NCBI GenBank assembly: GCA_964592405.1
Contig: CAZQBY010000005.1
Location: 13,306 to 77,305 of the forward strand
Length of the DNA: 64,000 nucleotides
From: an uncultured archaeon
GTDB lineage: Archaea > Altiarchaeota > Altiarchaeia > JAFGQM01
Direction of reading: 5' to 3'
The notes beneath the pieces were generated by a model, which was not told the DNA's origin, searched no databases, and saw nothing but the letters and a program-made list of their open reading frames with translations. Position numbers and translations under genes: made by a program. Below, in pieces: positions 1 through 10,066 of this stretch. How positions within the stretch are numbered: the stretch's first letter is position 1; every line of letters begins with the position of its first letter.

Positions 1-2858
1 GTCTTGTCATCGGTGACCAGAGTGAAATATTTTAGATTCTTGGCATCAAAGAGATAGAGTTGGGTGAACATCGCGTTCATCCATCTCTCAGGCACGTGGA
101 TGAATATCTGTGGGGCAATGACATCTTCGCTCAGGCGCTGGCCATACCGCATGTTTATCAAGGCATCCTTTCCTGATGCCATAACCTCATTGTAATCCTT
201 TAGTTCACAGTTACTGGATATGAATTTGAGATCCTGCGAGCCATCAGAATACATACGTACTATAAATGCGGGGTAGTCGCCGCCATCAGCATATCTGAGT
301 CCGCTGAATCCTGTATATAAATAGGTTCGTATAGCCGTCTTGCGCTGACCATTCTCCGGGAAGATCACCGGCTTTAGCGAAGTTGAGTAGGCAGGCTTGC
401 ATGCATAGCCTTTGGTATTGAGCTGATACTGACCGTAGACAGCCTGCCCCGGCCTTCGCAATATCTTGGCAGATCCGCCCTTGTTTACTATGACATGCCA
501 GTCAAGGGAGCTGTTGCAGCATTTGGTTGGGTTTTCCTCACAACACATCTTTTTCTCAACCTGAGTCAGTAGGTCTCTGGTGCAGACCACACCCTGACTG
601 CAGACATACTTACCCTTCTTTTTCTCTGCTACAAGACCGTTCTCAACATTCTGGCATATCTCACCAACCTCGCAAGTGCCATTGACAGCAGTATAACCAT
701 TTGGGTATTGGTAGTAGTTCGTTCCCAAAAAGGAAAGTGCTCCCGACTTCCCTATGAGTGAGTAATCGAGTATTACATACTTTACCTTGTGCCCGCCGTC
801 AGGATCTTTTGGATTCCACGGCTGTTCCATAAGCCATTGCATGGCCTCATCCTCAGATGTTGTGTTGTAGAAAAAGCGGGCTATGCGCATTATATACTCC
901 TCCCCGGCCTGTAGCGGATCAGCTATTACTGTTGCTCTTGAAAGGGCGGTTATGAAGTGTCCATAGTCCCACCAGGTAAGGACATAATCGCCGTTTATGT
1001 ATTTATCGCCAATATATGCTCCGGGCCTGATGTGCTCATCCAGCCACTTGACGCCCAAAAACCATGCAGGGTCAACGGGTGCGGGTATCTTTGTCCGTTT
1101 CCACGCATCAGAATTATTATATGGATAAAAGATTGTGAAGGGTATCACTACCATGACTACAAGGAGGGTTATGACCTTCCAGCTGCCCATCTCCTTCCAG
1201 TTGTTTGGAAGCATAAGTCCTATCATGGAGCCTAGAAGGAGGAAGCCCAGACTCTGTGAGAAGGTCAGTCTTGCCTCAACCCAGACAAACTGCATGGCTA
1301 CTAGGAAGAAGATCAGGCATATCAGATATGCGCGCAACAGTTCGAACATACGATCCCGATCTTTAAAGAAGTAGTATAACAGGAATACGGGTACTAGAAC
1401 TGCCATTATAACTGTAAGAGGCTCTGCTATGTGGTATTTGGTGTATCCTGTGGTCAGCTTCTTTATAAGGTCCCCCCTTGCTAGAGCTGCCTGCTCGGAG
1501 ATTGTCTTGTCCACAAGAAAGTTGTGGGCCGATGTGCCGGCAAATTCTTCAAATGCCTTTTGGGGAACACTCAAGATGCGGTCTATGCCAATGGCAAAAA
1601 GGGCGATAAGGGTCGCGATTATAACTATGGCTGCAAATTGAGTAAAATATCTTTTCTCAAGCCCATGCTTGGTATCCTCCTTTTTCCAGATGCGGATACG
1701 GATAAGCTCGGCAAGCACCCCCATAAAGAGCATAAAGCCGTATGGCCCAATCTGGGTAACATCTATATGGAAATTTGTTAGGAAAACCAGATTGCCTGCT
1801 ATTGGTATCGCACCCGCAATGATGGCTGCACGAATAGTCCGCCAGATGTCATACTTTAGGAGTATGCTGAAGATTGAGTAAATTCCTAGGGCTGTAAATG
1901 GTATTGCAAATAGGAAGACTACTCCCTTCCAGCTTACAATAGTAATAAAAAAGGCCACTCCAGAGAGGACGGCATATTTTGTGTTTTCCCTTCCATCGGA
2001 TTTCATCGCCTTGGCCAGTAGGTAAAGTGAGAATATGCCCAGAACCATCCCCATGAGATCCTCTTCTATCGCCCCTGCAACAGATTTTGTCAGCAGAGCC
2101 GGCATGGTGGCGAAGAAGAGGCCTCCAAACATGCCGCTCTTCCAGTCACCTGTCAGCTCCTTGATGAAGAAGAACATCATGACGGCGCCGAAAGCAGATA
2201 TAAGGAGGGGGTAGAGGATTGTTATATCGCGTATTGGATTTCCTGTCATGAGGGCAAGGTAGGTATTGTAGTAATATGGAAATTTGTGGGGCGCTGCCCT
2301 ACCATGTGGCGGGTATATGGTGAAATCTATACGGGGTATGGTCCCCATCTCATAGAGTTTCTCTGTCTGTTTGTAATGATAGTAGGGATCATCCATGGAT
2401 ATTAAGTGGCCGGGCATCGGGCCCGAGCCCGGCAGGGCTGGATAAACCCGGAAGAGTATGGCAGTTACGGCCAGTACCATCACTACTGCTGTCTGCGGTT
2501 TTATTATCCTGCCTGCCACCAGTGCTGAAAGCGCCATATATGCTGTAAGCAATAGTATGAGGAGGGTGTCGCCGGGGATTTTGAAAATCACGGCGATTAG
2601 GGCAACTCCCATGAGGGCCGGCAGGACATTCCACTTGTCTTTCTTGAATCCACTAAAACTTGAGATGGAGAGGTAAGCTAGAAAGCCTGTTGAGCCAATG
2701 ACTATCAGGTTGAAAAGTAGTTTGGTTACATCATGTCTTATTAGGAGGCTTACCAGTAGGAAGATTGTGAGGGAGATGATGATGAGGAGGTGTGGTGAGT
2801 CTTCAAGTTTTTTTGATATCTCCTGCATTATGTCTTCCGCTTTCCTATTCTCTGCCAT
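1..2858 (-). CDS. aglB: Archaeal oligosaccharyltransferase AglB/STT3. The 3' end runs off the window. The start is at 2856-2858, or at the alternative Met at 2826-2828.
   Basis: My own minus-strand translation gives one long multi-TM ORF from the ATG at 2856-2858 to the window edge. The WWDYG catalytic motif is encoded at 961-975 (forward ccatagtcccacca). It is missing from the ORF track because there is no in-window stop. Confidence 0.8.
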   Translation of the reverse strand, partial: MAENRKAEDIMQEISKKLEDSPHLLIIISLTIFLLVSLLIRHDVTKLLFNLIVIGSTGFLAYLSISSFSGFKKDKWNVLPALMGVALIAVIFKIPGDTLLILLLTAYMALSALVAGRIIKPQTAVVMVLAVTAILFRVYPALPGSGPMPGHLISMDDPYYHYKQTEKLYEMGTIPRIDFTIYPPHGRAAPHKFPYYYNTYLALMTGNPIRDITILYPLLISAFGAVMMFFFIKELTGDWKSGMFGGLFFATMPALLTKSVAGAIEEDLMGMVLGIFSLYLLAKAMKSDGRENTKYAVLSGVAFFITIVSWKGVVFLFAIPFTALGIYSIFSILLKYDIWRTIRAAIIAGAIPIAGNLVFLTNFHIDVTQIGPYGFMLFMGVLAELIRIRIWKKEDTKHGLEKRYFTQFAAIVIIATLIALFAIGIDRILSVPQKAFEEFAGTSAHNFLVDKTISEQAALARGDLIKKLTTGYTKYHIAEPLTVIMAVLVPVFLLYYFFKDRDRMFELLRAYLICLIFFLVAMQFVWVEARLTFSQSLGFLLLGSMIGLMLPNNWKEMGSWKVITLLVVMVVIPFTIFYPYNNSDAWKRTKIPAPVDPAWFLGVKWLDEHIRPGAYIGDKYINGDYVLTWWDYGHFITALSRATVIADPLQAGEEYIMRIARFFYNTTSEDEAMQWLMEQPWNPKDPDGGHKVKYVILDYSLIGKSGALSFLGTNYYQYPNGYTAVNGTCEVGEICQNVENGLVAEKKKGKYVCSQGVVCTRDLLTQVEKKMCCEENPTKCCNSSLDWHVIVNKGGSAKILRRPGQAVYGQYQLNTKGYACKPAYSTSLKPVIFPENGQRKTAIRTYLYTGFSGLRYADGGDYPAFIVRMYSDGSQDLKFISSNCELKDYNEVMASGKDALINMRYGQRLSEDVIAPQIFIHVPERWMNAMFTQLYLFDAKNLKYFTLVTDDK

Positions 2859-3489
2859 TCTCCAGTAGTTCAGAGATGTCTTGTATAACCCTCTCGGGTT
2901 TCTCAACCTTCAAGACATCACTGTTATATTTGTTGAGCATGAATACTGTGTGGCAACCTGCAGCCCTGCCGGCCATGATATCATATATAGTGTCCCCGAC
3001 AAAGACCGCCTCGCTAGGTTCAGTCCTCAGGACATGCAAGGCATTGGTCACCGGCTCATGGTGAGGCTTCTTGTTTTTTGCATCTTCCTCACCTATTAGA
3101 ACATCAAAATAGTGATATATTCCGGTCTGTTGTAGTGTCTCATAAACAACATCGCGCGGTGAGGTACTGACCACCCCAAGCTTGCAACCCTTTCTCTTTA
3201 AGCGTTTTAAAGTTAGAGGAACATTCTTAAAAACCTTGACCTCCCGGAGGTTGCGCAGCCAGTATCTCTCGAAGTCCTTGAGAAGTTTCTTGTGTTCCTC
3301 TCCAGTAGCTACACCAAGTAAGCGGGATATTGTAGAATCAACAGGCTTGCCAAAAAGTTTCTTGTCAAATTCCTGTTTTGTCAGCATTCTTTTCCTGTTC
3401 TGCTTGAGGGCCGCATTGAATGATTTATAGATTAGATCAAAAGTATCTACTAATGTACCATCCATATCAAAGAGAAAGGCTTTATACAT
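2845..3489 (-). CDS. HAD-superfamily phosphatase (phosphoglycolate phosphatase / beta-phosphoglucomutase-like)
   Basis: N-terminal FLFDMDGTLVDT (DxDGT) motif, C-terminal GD motif, 214 aa. Confidence 0.75.
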   Translation of the reverse strand: MYKAFLFDMDGTLVDTFDLIYKSFNAALKQNRKRMLTKQEFDKKLFGKPVDSTISRLLGVATGEEHKKLLKDFERYWLRNLREVKVFKNVPLTLKRLKRKGCKLGVVSTSPRDVVYETLQQTGIYHYFDVLIGEEDAKNKKPHHEPVTNALHVLRTEPSEAVFVGDTIYDIMAGRAAGCHTVFMLNKYNSDVLKVEKPERVIQDISELLENGRE

Positions 3490-3569
3490 CCTGCCTCAAA
3501 TTTACGGGATTTTAGCAGGACAAGATATAAATAGATGTAAACAGGTTGGAATGCAGGATATAGGATAAA

Positions 3570-5324
3570 ATGCGGATAGCGATTATAGACCGGGGTAAAT
3601 GCAGACCCAAGATCTGCGGGCTGCTCTGTCAGAGAGTATGCCCAAGAGTGCGAAGCGGGGATGAAACCATCACCGTTGACGAAGCCAGCGGCAAGCCTAT
3701 CATACAGGAGGATTTATGTGCTGGTTGTGGTATATGTGTCAACAAATGCCCATTTGGGGCAATAATTATCACAAACACTCCTGAAGGGGCGGGTGTCCTG
3801 ACGCACCAATATGGCAAAAACGGCTTCCGCTTATATGGGCTACCAATCCCCAGAGCAGGCAGTGTTGTTGGCATAATTGGGGCCAATGGTATGGGTAAGA
3901 GCACTGCCATTAAGATACTCAGTGGTCAGCTGAAACCAAATCTTGGTCGGTTGGATAAGGAGTTAGGATGGGAGGAAATTATAGAGCAATATCGTGGAAA
4001 TGAGGTTCAGGAACATTTGAGAAGGCTTTTGGCTGGAGAGGTCAAGGCCGTTTACAAGCCCCAGTATGTGGATTCTCTGGCCAAGATAAATGGTAAGGTC
4101 AAGGAGGTCCTTTCAGGGATTTCTGAAGGGTGGGAGGATTTGGTAAGAGAATTCGGGTTGGATAAAATATTGGAGAGGGATATGGCATCTTTGAGTGGGG
4201 GGGAACTGCAACGACTTGCCATAGCCATTGCCCTCCTAAAGGATGTTGACTTATACTTCTTTGACGAGCCAAGTTCTTATCTGGATGTGTCAGAGCGGTT
4301 CAAGGCTGCTAAGAGAATAAGGAGGCTGGCCGAGAAGGGTAAGTCCGTTATAGTTGTGGAACATGATCTGGTTGTATTGGATTATCTCTCGGATTATGTA
4401 CATATAGCCTTTGGCGAGAAAGCAGCATTTGGTGTGCTCTCCCATCTGAAGAACACACGGGTTGGAATAAACGAGTATCTGGCCGGATGGATGCGGAGTG
4501 AGAATGTTCGCCTGCGAATGGGTGAGATTAGGTTTGAGGAGCAGGCACCTGACAGATTCAAAAGCCGTGATATATTGTTTGAATACCCAAAGATTAGGAA
4601 GAGATATGATGGGTTTAGGTTGAGTGTGGATGGTGGGGCGATCCACAGAGGAATTGTTGTCGGCATAGTAGGCCCAAATGCAACAGGAAAGACTACCATG
4701 ATGAAGATTCTTGTGGGTGAGGTAGATAATGATGGGGATAAGATAGACTTGGGTATAAAACTATCCTACAAGGCACAATACCTCAGACCGATAGACAAGA
4801 CTGTTAGGGAGATTCTGATGGGGGTTACAAAGGATCTGTATAAATCGCATTATAAGACCGGTGTTCTTGAACCATTGGAACTGGAGGGGTTGCTGGATCA
4901 TAATACTGAAGAGCTCAGTGGTGGGGAGTTGCAGAGGGTTGCCATTGCTGAATGCCTTTCCCGTGAGACAGATGTCTATTTCCTAGATGAGCCGTCAGCT
5001 TACCTTGATGTTGAACAAAGGCTGGTAGTTGCCAAGATGATACGCCGCAAGATGGAAAATGAGAAAAAAAGCGCTATGATAATAGACCATGATATTACAT
5101 TTATAGATTATGTTTCCGATAAACTGATGGTTTTTTCTGGAGAACCGGGAATATGCGGGCAGGCAGGTGCTCCTCTAGACCTGAGAGAGGGTATGAACAC
5201 TTTTTTGGAGGAGATGGATATTACCTTCAGACGGGATGAGGAAAGTAAACGGCCGAGGGCCAACAAACCAGGTTCCCAGAAGGATAGGGAACAGCGAGAA
5301 AGGGGCGAATATTACTACAGCTAG
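3570..5324 (+). CDS. abce1: ABCE1/RLI ribosome-recycling ATPase
   Basis: N-terminal double 4Fe-4S ferredoxin Cys clusters (CRPKICGLLCQRVCP, CAGCGICVNKCP) followed by two ABC ATPase domains with Walker A GANGMGKST / GPNATGKTT and the signature LSGGELQR twice. Confidence 0.93.
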   Translation: MRIAIIDRGKCRPKICGLLCQRVCPRVRSGDETITVDEASGKPIIQEDLCAGCGICVNKCPFGAIIITNTPEGAGVLTHQYGKNGFRLYGLPIPRAGSVVGIIGANGMGKSTAIKILSGQLKPNLGRLDKELGWEEIIEQYRGNEVQEHLRRLLAGEVKAVYKPQYVDSLAKINGKVKEVLSGISEGWEDLVREFGLDKILERDMASLSGGELQRLAIAIALLKDVDLYFFDEPSSYLDVSERFKAAKRIRRLAEKGKSVIVVEHDLVVLDYLSDYVHIAFGEKAAFGVLSHLKNTRVGINEYLAGWMRSENVRLRMGEIRFEEQAPDRFKSRDILFEYPKIRKRYDGFRLSVDGGAIHRGIVVGIVGPNATGKTTMMKILVGEVDNDGDKIDLGIKLSYKAQYLRPIDKTVREILMGVTKDLYKSHYKTGVLEPLELEGLLDHNTEELSGGELQRVAIAECLSRETDVYFLDEPSAYLDVEQRLVVAKMIRRKMENEKKSAMIIDHDITFIDYVSDKLMVFSGEPGICGQAGAPLDLREGMNTFLEEMDITFRRDEESKRPRANKPGSQKDREQRERGEYYYS

Positions 5325-5345
5325 TATGTGCCTTTGGTCCTGTGC

Positions 5346-5558
5346 TTAACCCTGTGGTTGGGCCGATTCTGTCTCTTTGATCTTCTCCATGTATCCACAT
5401 TTACCACAGCTGTACCGATCCTTATGCTTAGCTAGGAAAACACCGGGCCCACATTTTGGGCAGGTCTTGTTCTTCCTGCTGATATTGTCTCCTTCTGTGA
5501 TATACAGCCTGTATTTTTTCTGGAGTCTCTTCTCTCCTTCCTGTTTCTTTTTGGTCAT
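5346..5558 (-). CDS. rps27ae: Ribosomal protein eS31 (S27ae), zinc ribbon
   Basis: 70 aa, KKYRLY...[25 protein letters not shown]4 ribbon typical of archaeal S27ae. Confidence 0.85.
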   Translation of the reverse strand: MTKKKQEGEKRLQKKYRLYITEGDNISRKNKTCPKCGPGVFLAKHKDRYSCGKCGYMEKIKETESAQPQG

Positions 5559-5560
5559 CT

Positions 5561-6052
5561 TTATTCAGGATTAGCCTTGGTGGTTGTTTTGGGCTGGTCT
5601 GTTGGCTGGTCTGTGGGGTGGTTTGCGGGGTTAGTTTGTGGGGTTGTGGCTGTATTTTCCTTATCCTGTTCAGATACTTTGGCTACTTCCTCTGTAGTCT
5701 GGGATGAGGCCGGGGCTTCTTCAGAGGTGGATGGTTTAGAAGTGGTGGAATCACCAGAGGCAGATTTGCCTTCATCGCCTACCACACGATCTCTTCTGGT
5801 GAGATACTCCGGTTCGATCTTCCTCATAATCTCCTCCTTATCATAAACCTTGGCCTTTCCGGTAATGAGATTATATCCGGTCTTCTGGTCTATGATATCT
5901 ATTACTATGAGATTCTCACCAGTTTTTAGCTTCTTTGACAGTTCTGTTTTTATTTTGACCCGTGTGGGGGTTGGTTTGTCTTCTAGTTGAAACTCCACTT
6001 CCCTGCGGCCCAATAGGGGATTGTATTCCTCCTTTATTATCTCCACATTCAT
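5561..6052 (-). CDS. rps24e: Ribosomal protein eS24 with a C-terminal S/T/P/Q-rich low-complexity extension of about 60 aa
   Basis: [18 protein letters not shown]...TPTR...[11 protein letters not shown] matches the archaeal S24e fold; conserved operon position. Confidence 0.85.
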   Translation of the reverse strand: MNVEIIKEEYNPLLGRREVEFQLEDKPTPTRVKIKTELSKKLKTGENLIVIDIIDQKTGYNLITGKAKVYDKEEIMRKIEPEYLTRRDRVVGDEGKSASGDSTTSKPSTSEEAPASSQTTEEVAKVSEQDKENTATTPQTNPANHPTDQPTDQPKTTTKANPE

Positions 6053-6573
6053 TTTGTAAAACGTGAAAGGATGTCCTCAAAGATGGCCCTTATTTTTCGG
6101 TCAATGAGTATTAAAATGGCTCCGTTCTTTTGTGGGAGTCCGTAGATCACGCGTGAACCTATTGGGGCATTTAGGATTACTGGAATTGCCAGCAGGTCCT
6201 CCTCACCCTCAACAAGTATGGATGCCTGCTCTTGATTTAGGCATCTTACAACTGCGTTCCAGGCCTCTTTTGTTATGGTGGCGGGCGGATTCCTTACTAC
6301 CAGAGGGGGAGCGTAAGCATTTAGAAGTTTGGAGGATTCTCTGTCTGACGGCCGGCGCCTGATCCTTTTATCCCAGATTATTAATGATGGGGAGAGACCA
6401 CCCCGTATAAGGTGTGTGGATACTGTATCGCCAATAGATATTAAGGGTTTCTCACTAGGTTGCTCTTTGAGTATTTGGATGATGCGCGAACACTGCATTA
6501 CTTCCCCGAAAGGCTTCCTCAGTTCACTCCGGAGGGATTGTGGGAGGTGGAGGTCGTTTTCAATAACAATCAT
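6049..6573 (-). CDS. DUF359 / GTP-dependent dephospho-CoA kinase (archaeal DPCK, COG1909)
   Basis: 174 aa. Sits in the conserved gene neighbourhood between spt4 and rps24e. ATGA start/stop overlaps on both sides. Confidence 0.6.
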   Translation of the reverse strand: MIVIENDLHLPQSLRSELRKPFGEVMQCSRIIQILKEQPSEKPLISIGDTVSTHLIRGGLSPSLIIWDKRIRRRPSDRESSKLLNAYAPPLVVRNPPATITKEAWNAVVRCLNQEQASILVEGEEDLLAIPVILNAPIGSRVIYGLPQKNGAILILIDRKIRAIFEDILSRFTK

Positions 6574-6749
6574 ATCTTGAGTGCGTAAATCCCTTTGATC
6601 CGGACATCCATCTCCTTGGCCATTTCACTTTTCTCAGGGTGTATTACTGCAACCTTGCCGCTCCAATCTCGTGTCAAATCCACTCCACACGCCGGACATT
6701 TGGTAGCCTCATGATATACCTTCCCACATCTTGGACATGCTAGATCCAT
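6570..6749 (-). CDS. spt4: Transcription elongation factor Spt4 / RNA polymerase subunit E''
   Basis: Not in the ORF track because it is only 59 aa. My translation is MDLACPRCGKVYHEATKCPACGVDLTRDWSGKVAVIHPEKSEMAKEMDVRIKGIYALKI. That is the CxxC...CxxC zinc ribbon plus the W-G-V-I-P motif of Spt4. It overlaps rpoE and DUF359 by 4 nt each. Confidence 0.85.
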   Translation of the reverse strand: MDLACPRCGKVYHEATKCPACGVDLTRDWSGKVAVIHPEKSEMAKEMDVRIKGIYALKI

Positions 6750-7363
6750 TATTTCTTGACAGCCTCCTTATTCTCTCCCTTCTTTTTGTCTTTTGTTGTT
6801 GATTTTGTTTTTTTCTCGGCCTTTTTGGCCTCTGCCTCCAGCCAGTCGAGTGCACCCAATCCGGGTTGCCTCATTGTCAGGCCGATTTTTGTGTCCAGTA
6901 AAGTTGATTTTCGGCTTATGGTAACCACCCGTGCACGCACCCTGTCGCCAAGTTTGAGAGTCCTTTTAGTCTGTTTGCCATTAAACTGCTGCTCCTTCTC
7001 GTTGTAGTTGACAAAATCCTCCATTATCTGTGATACATGCACCAGCCCGTCTATCGGACCTATCGATATGAAGGCTCCAAATTCGGCTATCTCATTAAAT
7101 TCCCCTTCTACAATCTCCTGCAACTTGGGTTTGTAGGTCAGCATTGTGAATGTGGTATCATAATACGCTCCCCCATCCCCGGGGATTATATAGCTATCAC
7201 CTATATCCTTCACATTTATGGCCGCAACTATTATTCCCATATCAGGATCAATGCGCCCGACATATTCCTTGTCGAGTATCTCCTTCATACTTTTTACAGG
7301 GTCCAGCCCGAACATATTGGGTGGAACCCTCACCGAATCACGCAATTCTATTTTGTAGTACAT
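6749..7363 (-). CDS. rpoE: DNA-directed RNA polymerase subunit E' (Rpb7 homolog, S1 domain) with a K-rich C-terminal tail
   Basis: 204 aa; S1 domain GDRVRARVVTIS; conserved rpoE-spt4 order. Confidence 0.85.
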   Translation of the reverse strand: MYYKIELRDSVRVPPNMFGLDPVKSMKEILDKEYVGRIDPDMGIIVAAINVKDIGDSYIIPGDGGAYYDTTFTMLTYKPKLQEIVEGEFNEIAEFGAFISIGPIDGLVHVSQIMEDFVNYNEKEQQFNGKQTKRTLKLGDRVRARVVTISRKSTLLDTKIGLTMRQPGLGALDWLEAEAKKAEKKTKSTTKDKKKGENKEAVKK

Positions 7364-7454
7364 TTTATGGATTATTCTAAGAGAGAATAAGCGGTTTTAA
7401 TTAGAAGTGGGACGTTTAAAAATAATGAAATAGGTTGGTTTGTAAATCAGGCCT

Positions 7455-9554
7455 TCAGACTCCATGGACTAGAATAAATATGCCTGCAAAAACTATCGAC
7501 ACCATGGACATCAGCTTGATGAGTATGTTCAGGCTCGGCCCCGAGGTGTCCTTGAACGGGTCACCGACCGTGTCGCCAACGACCGCAGCCTTGTGGTTAG
7601 CGCTGCCCTTGCCCCCCAAGGCGCCCGCTTCGATGTATTTCTTGGCATTGTCCCATGCACCACCTGCATTGGCCATGAAGATTGCCATTACAAAACCCGT
7701 TACAAGAGCTCCTGTAAGAAGGGCCACAACTGCGGCTGGGCCCAAGATTATGCCAACTGCAATTGGGGAGACAATCGCTAGCAGGGAGGGTAATATCATC
7801 TCACGCTGTGCTGATTTTGTGGCAATGCCAACACATGCCCTATAGTCCGGCTTTGCCTTGCCCTCCATCAGACCTTTAATCTCCCTGAACTGCCGTCTGA
7901 CTTCTTCCACTATACTGCCGGCTGCGCGTCCGACCGCACTCATCGTCATAGATGAGAATAGGAAGGGCAGCATACCTCCTATGAATAGTCCAATTATCAC
8001 AAACGGGTTTGTTAGTGAGAGATTCAGTATGAGGCTCTTACCCATCTGGCTGGCAACCCGGCTTACCTCGTTCTGGAAAGCCACCAGCAATGCAAGTGCT
8101 GTCAGGGCGGCCGAACCTATTGCAAACCCCTTGCCGGTGGCGGCTGTGGTATTACCCAGAGCATCCAAAGCGTCTGTTTTTTTCCTTATGTCTTCACCCA
8201 ATCCCGCCATCTCAGCTATCCCGCCGGCATTATCAGCCACCGGTCCGTAGGCATCTGATGCTAGGGTAATACCCAAGGTTGAGAGCATGCCAACTGCGGC
8301 TATACCTATACCATAAAGGCCAAGTGCCGGGTTGCTGACGCCCCCAGCTGTGAGGAAGGCTGCAGCAATTCCCGCACATATTGCTATGATTGGGACCCAT
8401 GTAGACCTCATACCTGTAGCCAGGCCACCGATTATTATGGTTGCCGGTCCGGTCTTGGACTCGCCTGCGAGGGCCCTTGTTGGCGTGTATTGCGCAGAGG
8501 TATAATATTCTGTTGAGAAGCCTATCACTATCCCGGCCACCAACCCTGATATTATTGAGAAGAACAGACCCAATCCGGCATCGCCCATGGTTTGTTGTAC
8601 GACAAAAAAGGAGATTACTGCGGTTAGTATTGCTGCACCCCAGATGCCCCTTCTCAGGGCCCAAAGAAGATTTTTCTGAGTAGCCTTTTCTCCTGTTTTA
8701 ATAAAAAACATTCCGATTATGGAGCATATTATGCCAACTGATGCAATCACAAGTGGAAGGGTCACGGCATTGAACAGCAGGTCTGAATGCATGAAAGCCA
8801 CAGCCCCAAGGGACATCGCCGCTATAAGGGAACCAAGATAGGATTCGTATAAATCTGCTCCCATACCAGCCACGTCGCCTACATTGTCCCCGACATTATC
8901 TGCTATAACCCCGGGGTTTCGTGGATCATCCTCCGGTATGCCTGCCTCAATCTTCCCGACCAGATCTGCACCGACATCAGCTGCCTTGGTGTAAATACCA
9001 CCGCCAACCCGGGCAAAGAGGGCCATGGATGATGCTCCCATCCCAAAGGAGAGCATGACTGATGCTATTTCCTGCAGGGCCATTCCCTGTGAAGAGAGTA
9101 TGAAATACCAGAGCAGAATCTGGATCAGCGCCAACCCCACCACAGACAGGCCCATCACCCCACCTGCCGAAAAGGCTACTTTCAGTCCTGCATTCAGAGA
9201 CCTTTGGACCGCGTTGGCGGTTCTTGAATTTGATTTTGTTGCTATTGTCATACCTACATACCCTGCAAGTGCAGACAGCAGTCCGCCTGTAAGAAAAGCA
9301 AACGGCACATAGATGTTCATAATTTTGTTGTTTAGGAGGGCCAGACACAGCAATATCAGAAATACTGCAATAAAGAACACAGCCAATGATTTGTATTGTT
9401 GGGAAAGGTAGGCCTTTGCACCAGCATGTATGGCCGCCGATATCTCGCGCATCTTCTCCGTTCCCTCATCTTCCCGAAACACACGTATTGTCAGATAGGC
9501 TGCTGAGCCCAAAGCAAGAACTGCCGCCACCGGCACTAACCAAAAGAAGTCCAT
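7455..9554 (-). CDS. hppA: Membrane-bound H+-translocating pyrophosphatase
   Basis: 699 aa polytopic; hallmark [23 protein letters not shown] and DNVGDNVGD motifs. Confidence 0.95.
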   Translation of the reverse strand: MDFFWLVPVAAVLALGSAAYLTIRVFREDEGTEKMREISAAIHAGAKAYLSQQYKSLAVFFIAVFLILLCLALLNNKIMNIYVPFAFLTGGLLSALAGYVGMTIATKSNSRTANAVQRSLNAGLKVAFSAGGVMGLSVVGLALIQILLWYFILSSQGMALQEIASVMLSFGMGASSMALFARVGGGIYTKAADVGADLVGKIEAGIPEDDPRNPGVIADNVGDNVGDVAGMGADLYESYLGSLIAAMSLGAVAFMHSDLLFNAVTLPLVIASVGIICSIIGMFFIKTGEKATQKNLLWALRRGIWGAAILTAVISFFVVQQTMGDAGLGLFFSIISGLVAGIVIGFSTEYYTSAQYTPTRALAGESKTGPATIIIGGLATGMRSTWVPIIAICAGIAAAFLTAGGVSNPALGLYGIGIAAVGMLSTLGITLASDAYGPVADNAGGIAEMAGLGEDIRKKTDALDALGNTTAATGKGFAIGSAALTALALLVAFQNEVSRVASQMGKSLILNLSLTNPFVIIGLFIGGMLPFLFSSMTMSAVGRAAGSIVEEVRRQFREIKGLMEGKAKPDYRACVGIATKSAQREMILPSLLAIVSPIAVGIILGPAAVVALLTGALVTGFVMAIFMANAGGAWDNAKKYIEAGALGGKGSANHKAAVVGDTVGDPFKDTSGPSLNILIKLMSMVSIVFAGIFILVHGV

Positions 9555-9688
9555 TTTTGGTCTGATTATGGTTCCCAGATTGCCCCCTAGTTTGTGTTGG
9601 TTCTGAAGTGGAGTTTAAAGAAATGTATATAAAAATAAAAAAGGTTAAAAGCGGGTTTTTGGGGCTGCCTATTTTGTAGGTAGTCTAT

Positions 9689-10066
9689 CTAGCCTATCTC
9701 AAGCTTGCTGCGGTTGCGTACAAAGATTGTAGGGACTTTGAGGCTTTTGAGGCGCTTGCGCAGGGTGGAGTCATTGGTAGCGACCATAACATCTTTATGG
9801 TTCTTGGCATAGCTTACTATGACATCGTCTGCCTTACCTTCAGCTTCCACAACCTCTATGTTGCGCGCCAGGTGTATACCCAGTCTGGCTGCACTGCGCT
9901 CCCCACCCTTTCCATTGCGCGCCAGCCGCTCTAACTCTTCCTTCACTGGTTTGATTGTTATCATCTGGTAGGGCTCTTCTATTATCCGGTCGAACTCTGA
10001 CATTATATTGACCCCCAGCTGGAAAGGAACCAAGAAGAAGTTTGTATCTAGGAGAATGTGTTTCAT
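9689..10066 (-). CDS. PIN-domain protein (Fcf1/COG1412-like). Real start is probably the internal MKHILLD.
   Basis: LLDTNFF acidic N-terminal PIN motif, about 125 aa. Directly downstream of trmI with a 4-nt overlap. The ORF-track N-terminus overlaps trmI and is probably over-extended. Confidence 0.6.
   Translation of the reverse strand: MKHILLDTNFFLVPFQLGVNIMSEFDRIIEEPYQMITIKPVKEELERLARNGKGGERSAARLGIHLARNIEVVEAEGKADDVIVSYAKNHKDVMVATNDSTLRKRLKSLKVPTIFVRNRSKLEIG

Noticed and set aside
1135-1881. Several 60-90 aa plus-strand ORFs in 957-1881
   Set aside because: They are antisense to the aglB coding region, which is confirmed by the WWDYG motif.
5577-5846. Plus-strand 89-aa ORF ([14 protein letters not shown]...)
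   Set aside because: It is antisense to the repetitive low-complexity tail of rps24e.
8233-8664. 143-aa minus-strand ORF and other ORFs within 7455-9554
   Set aside because: They lie inside or antisense to hppA.
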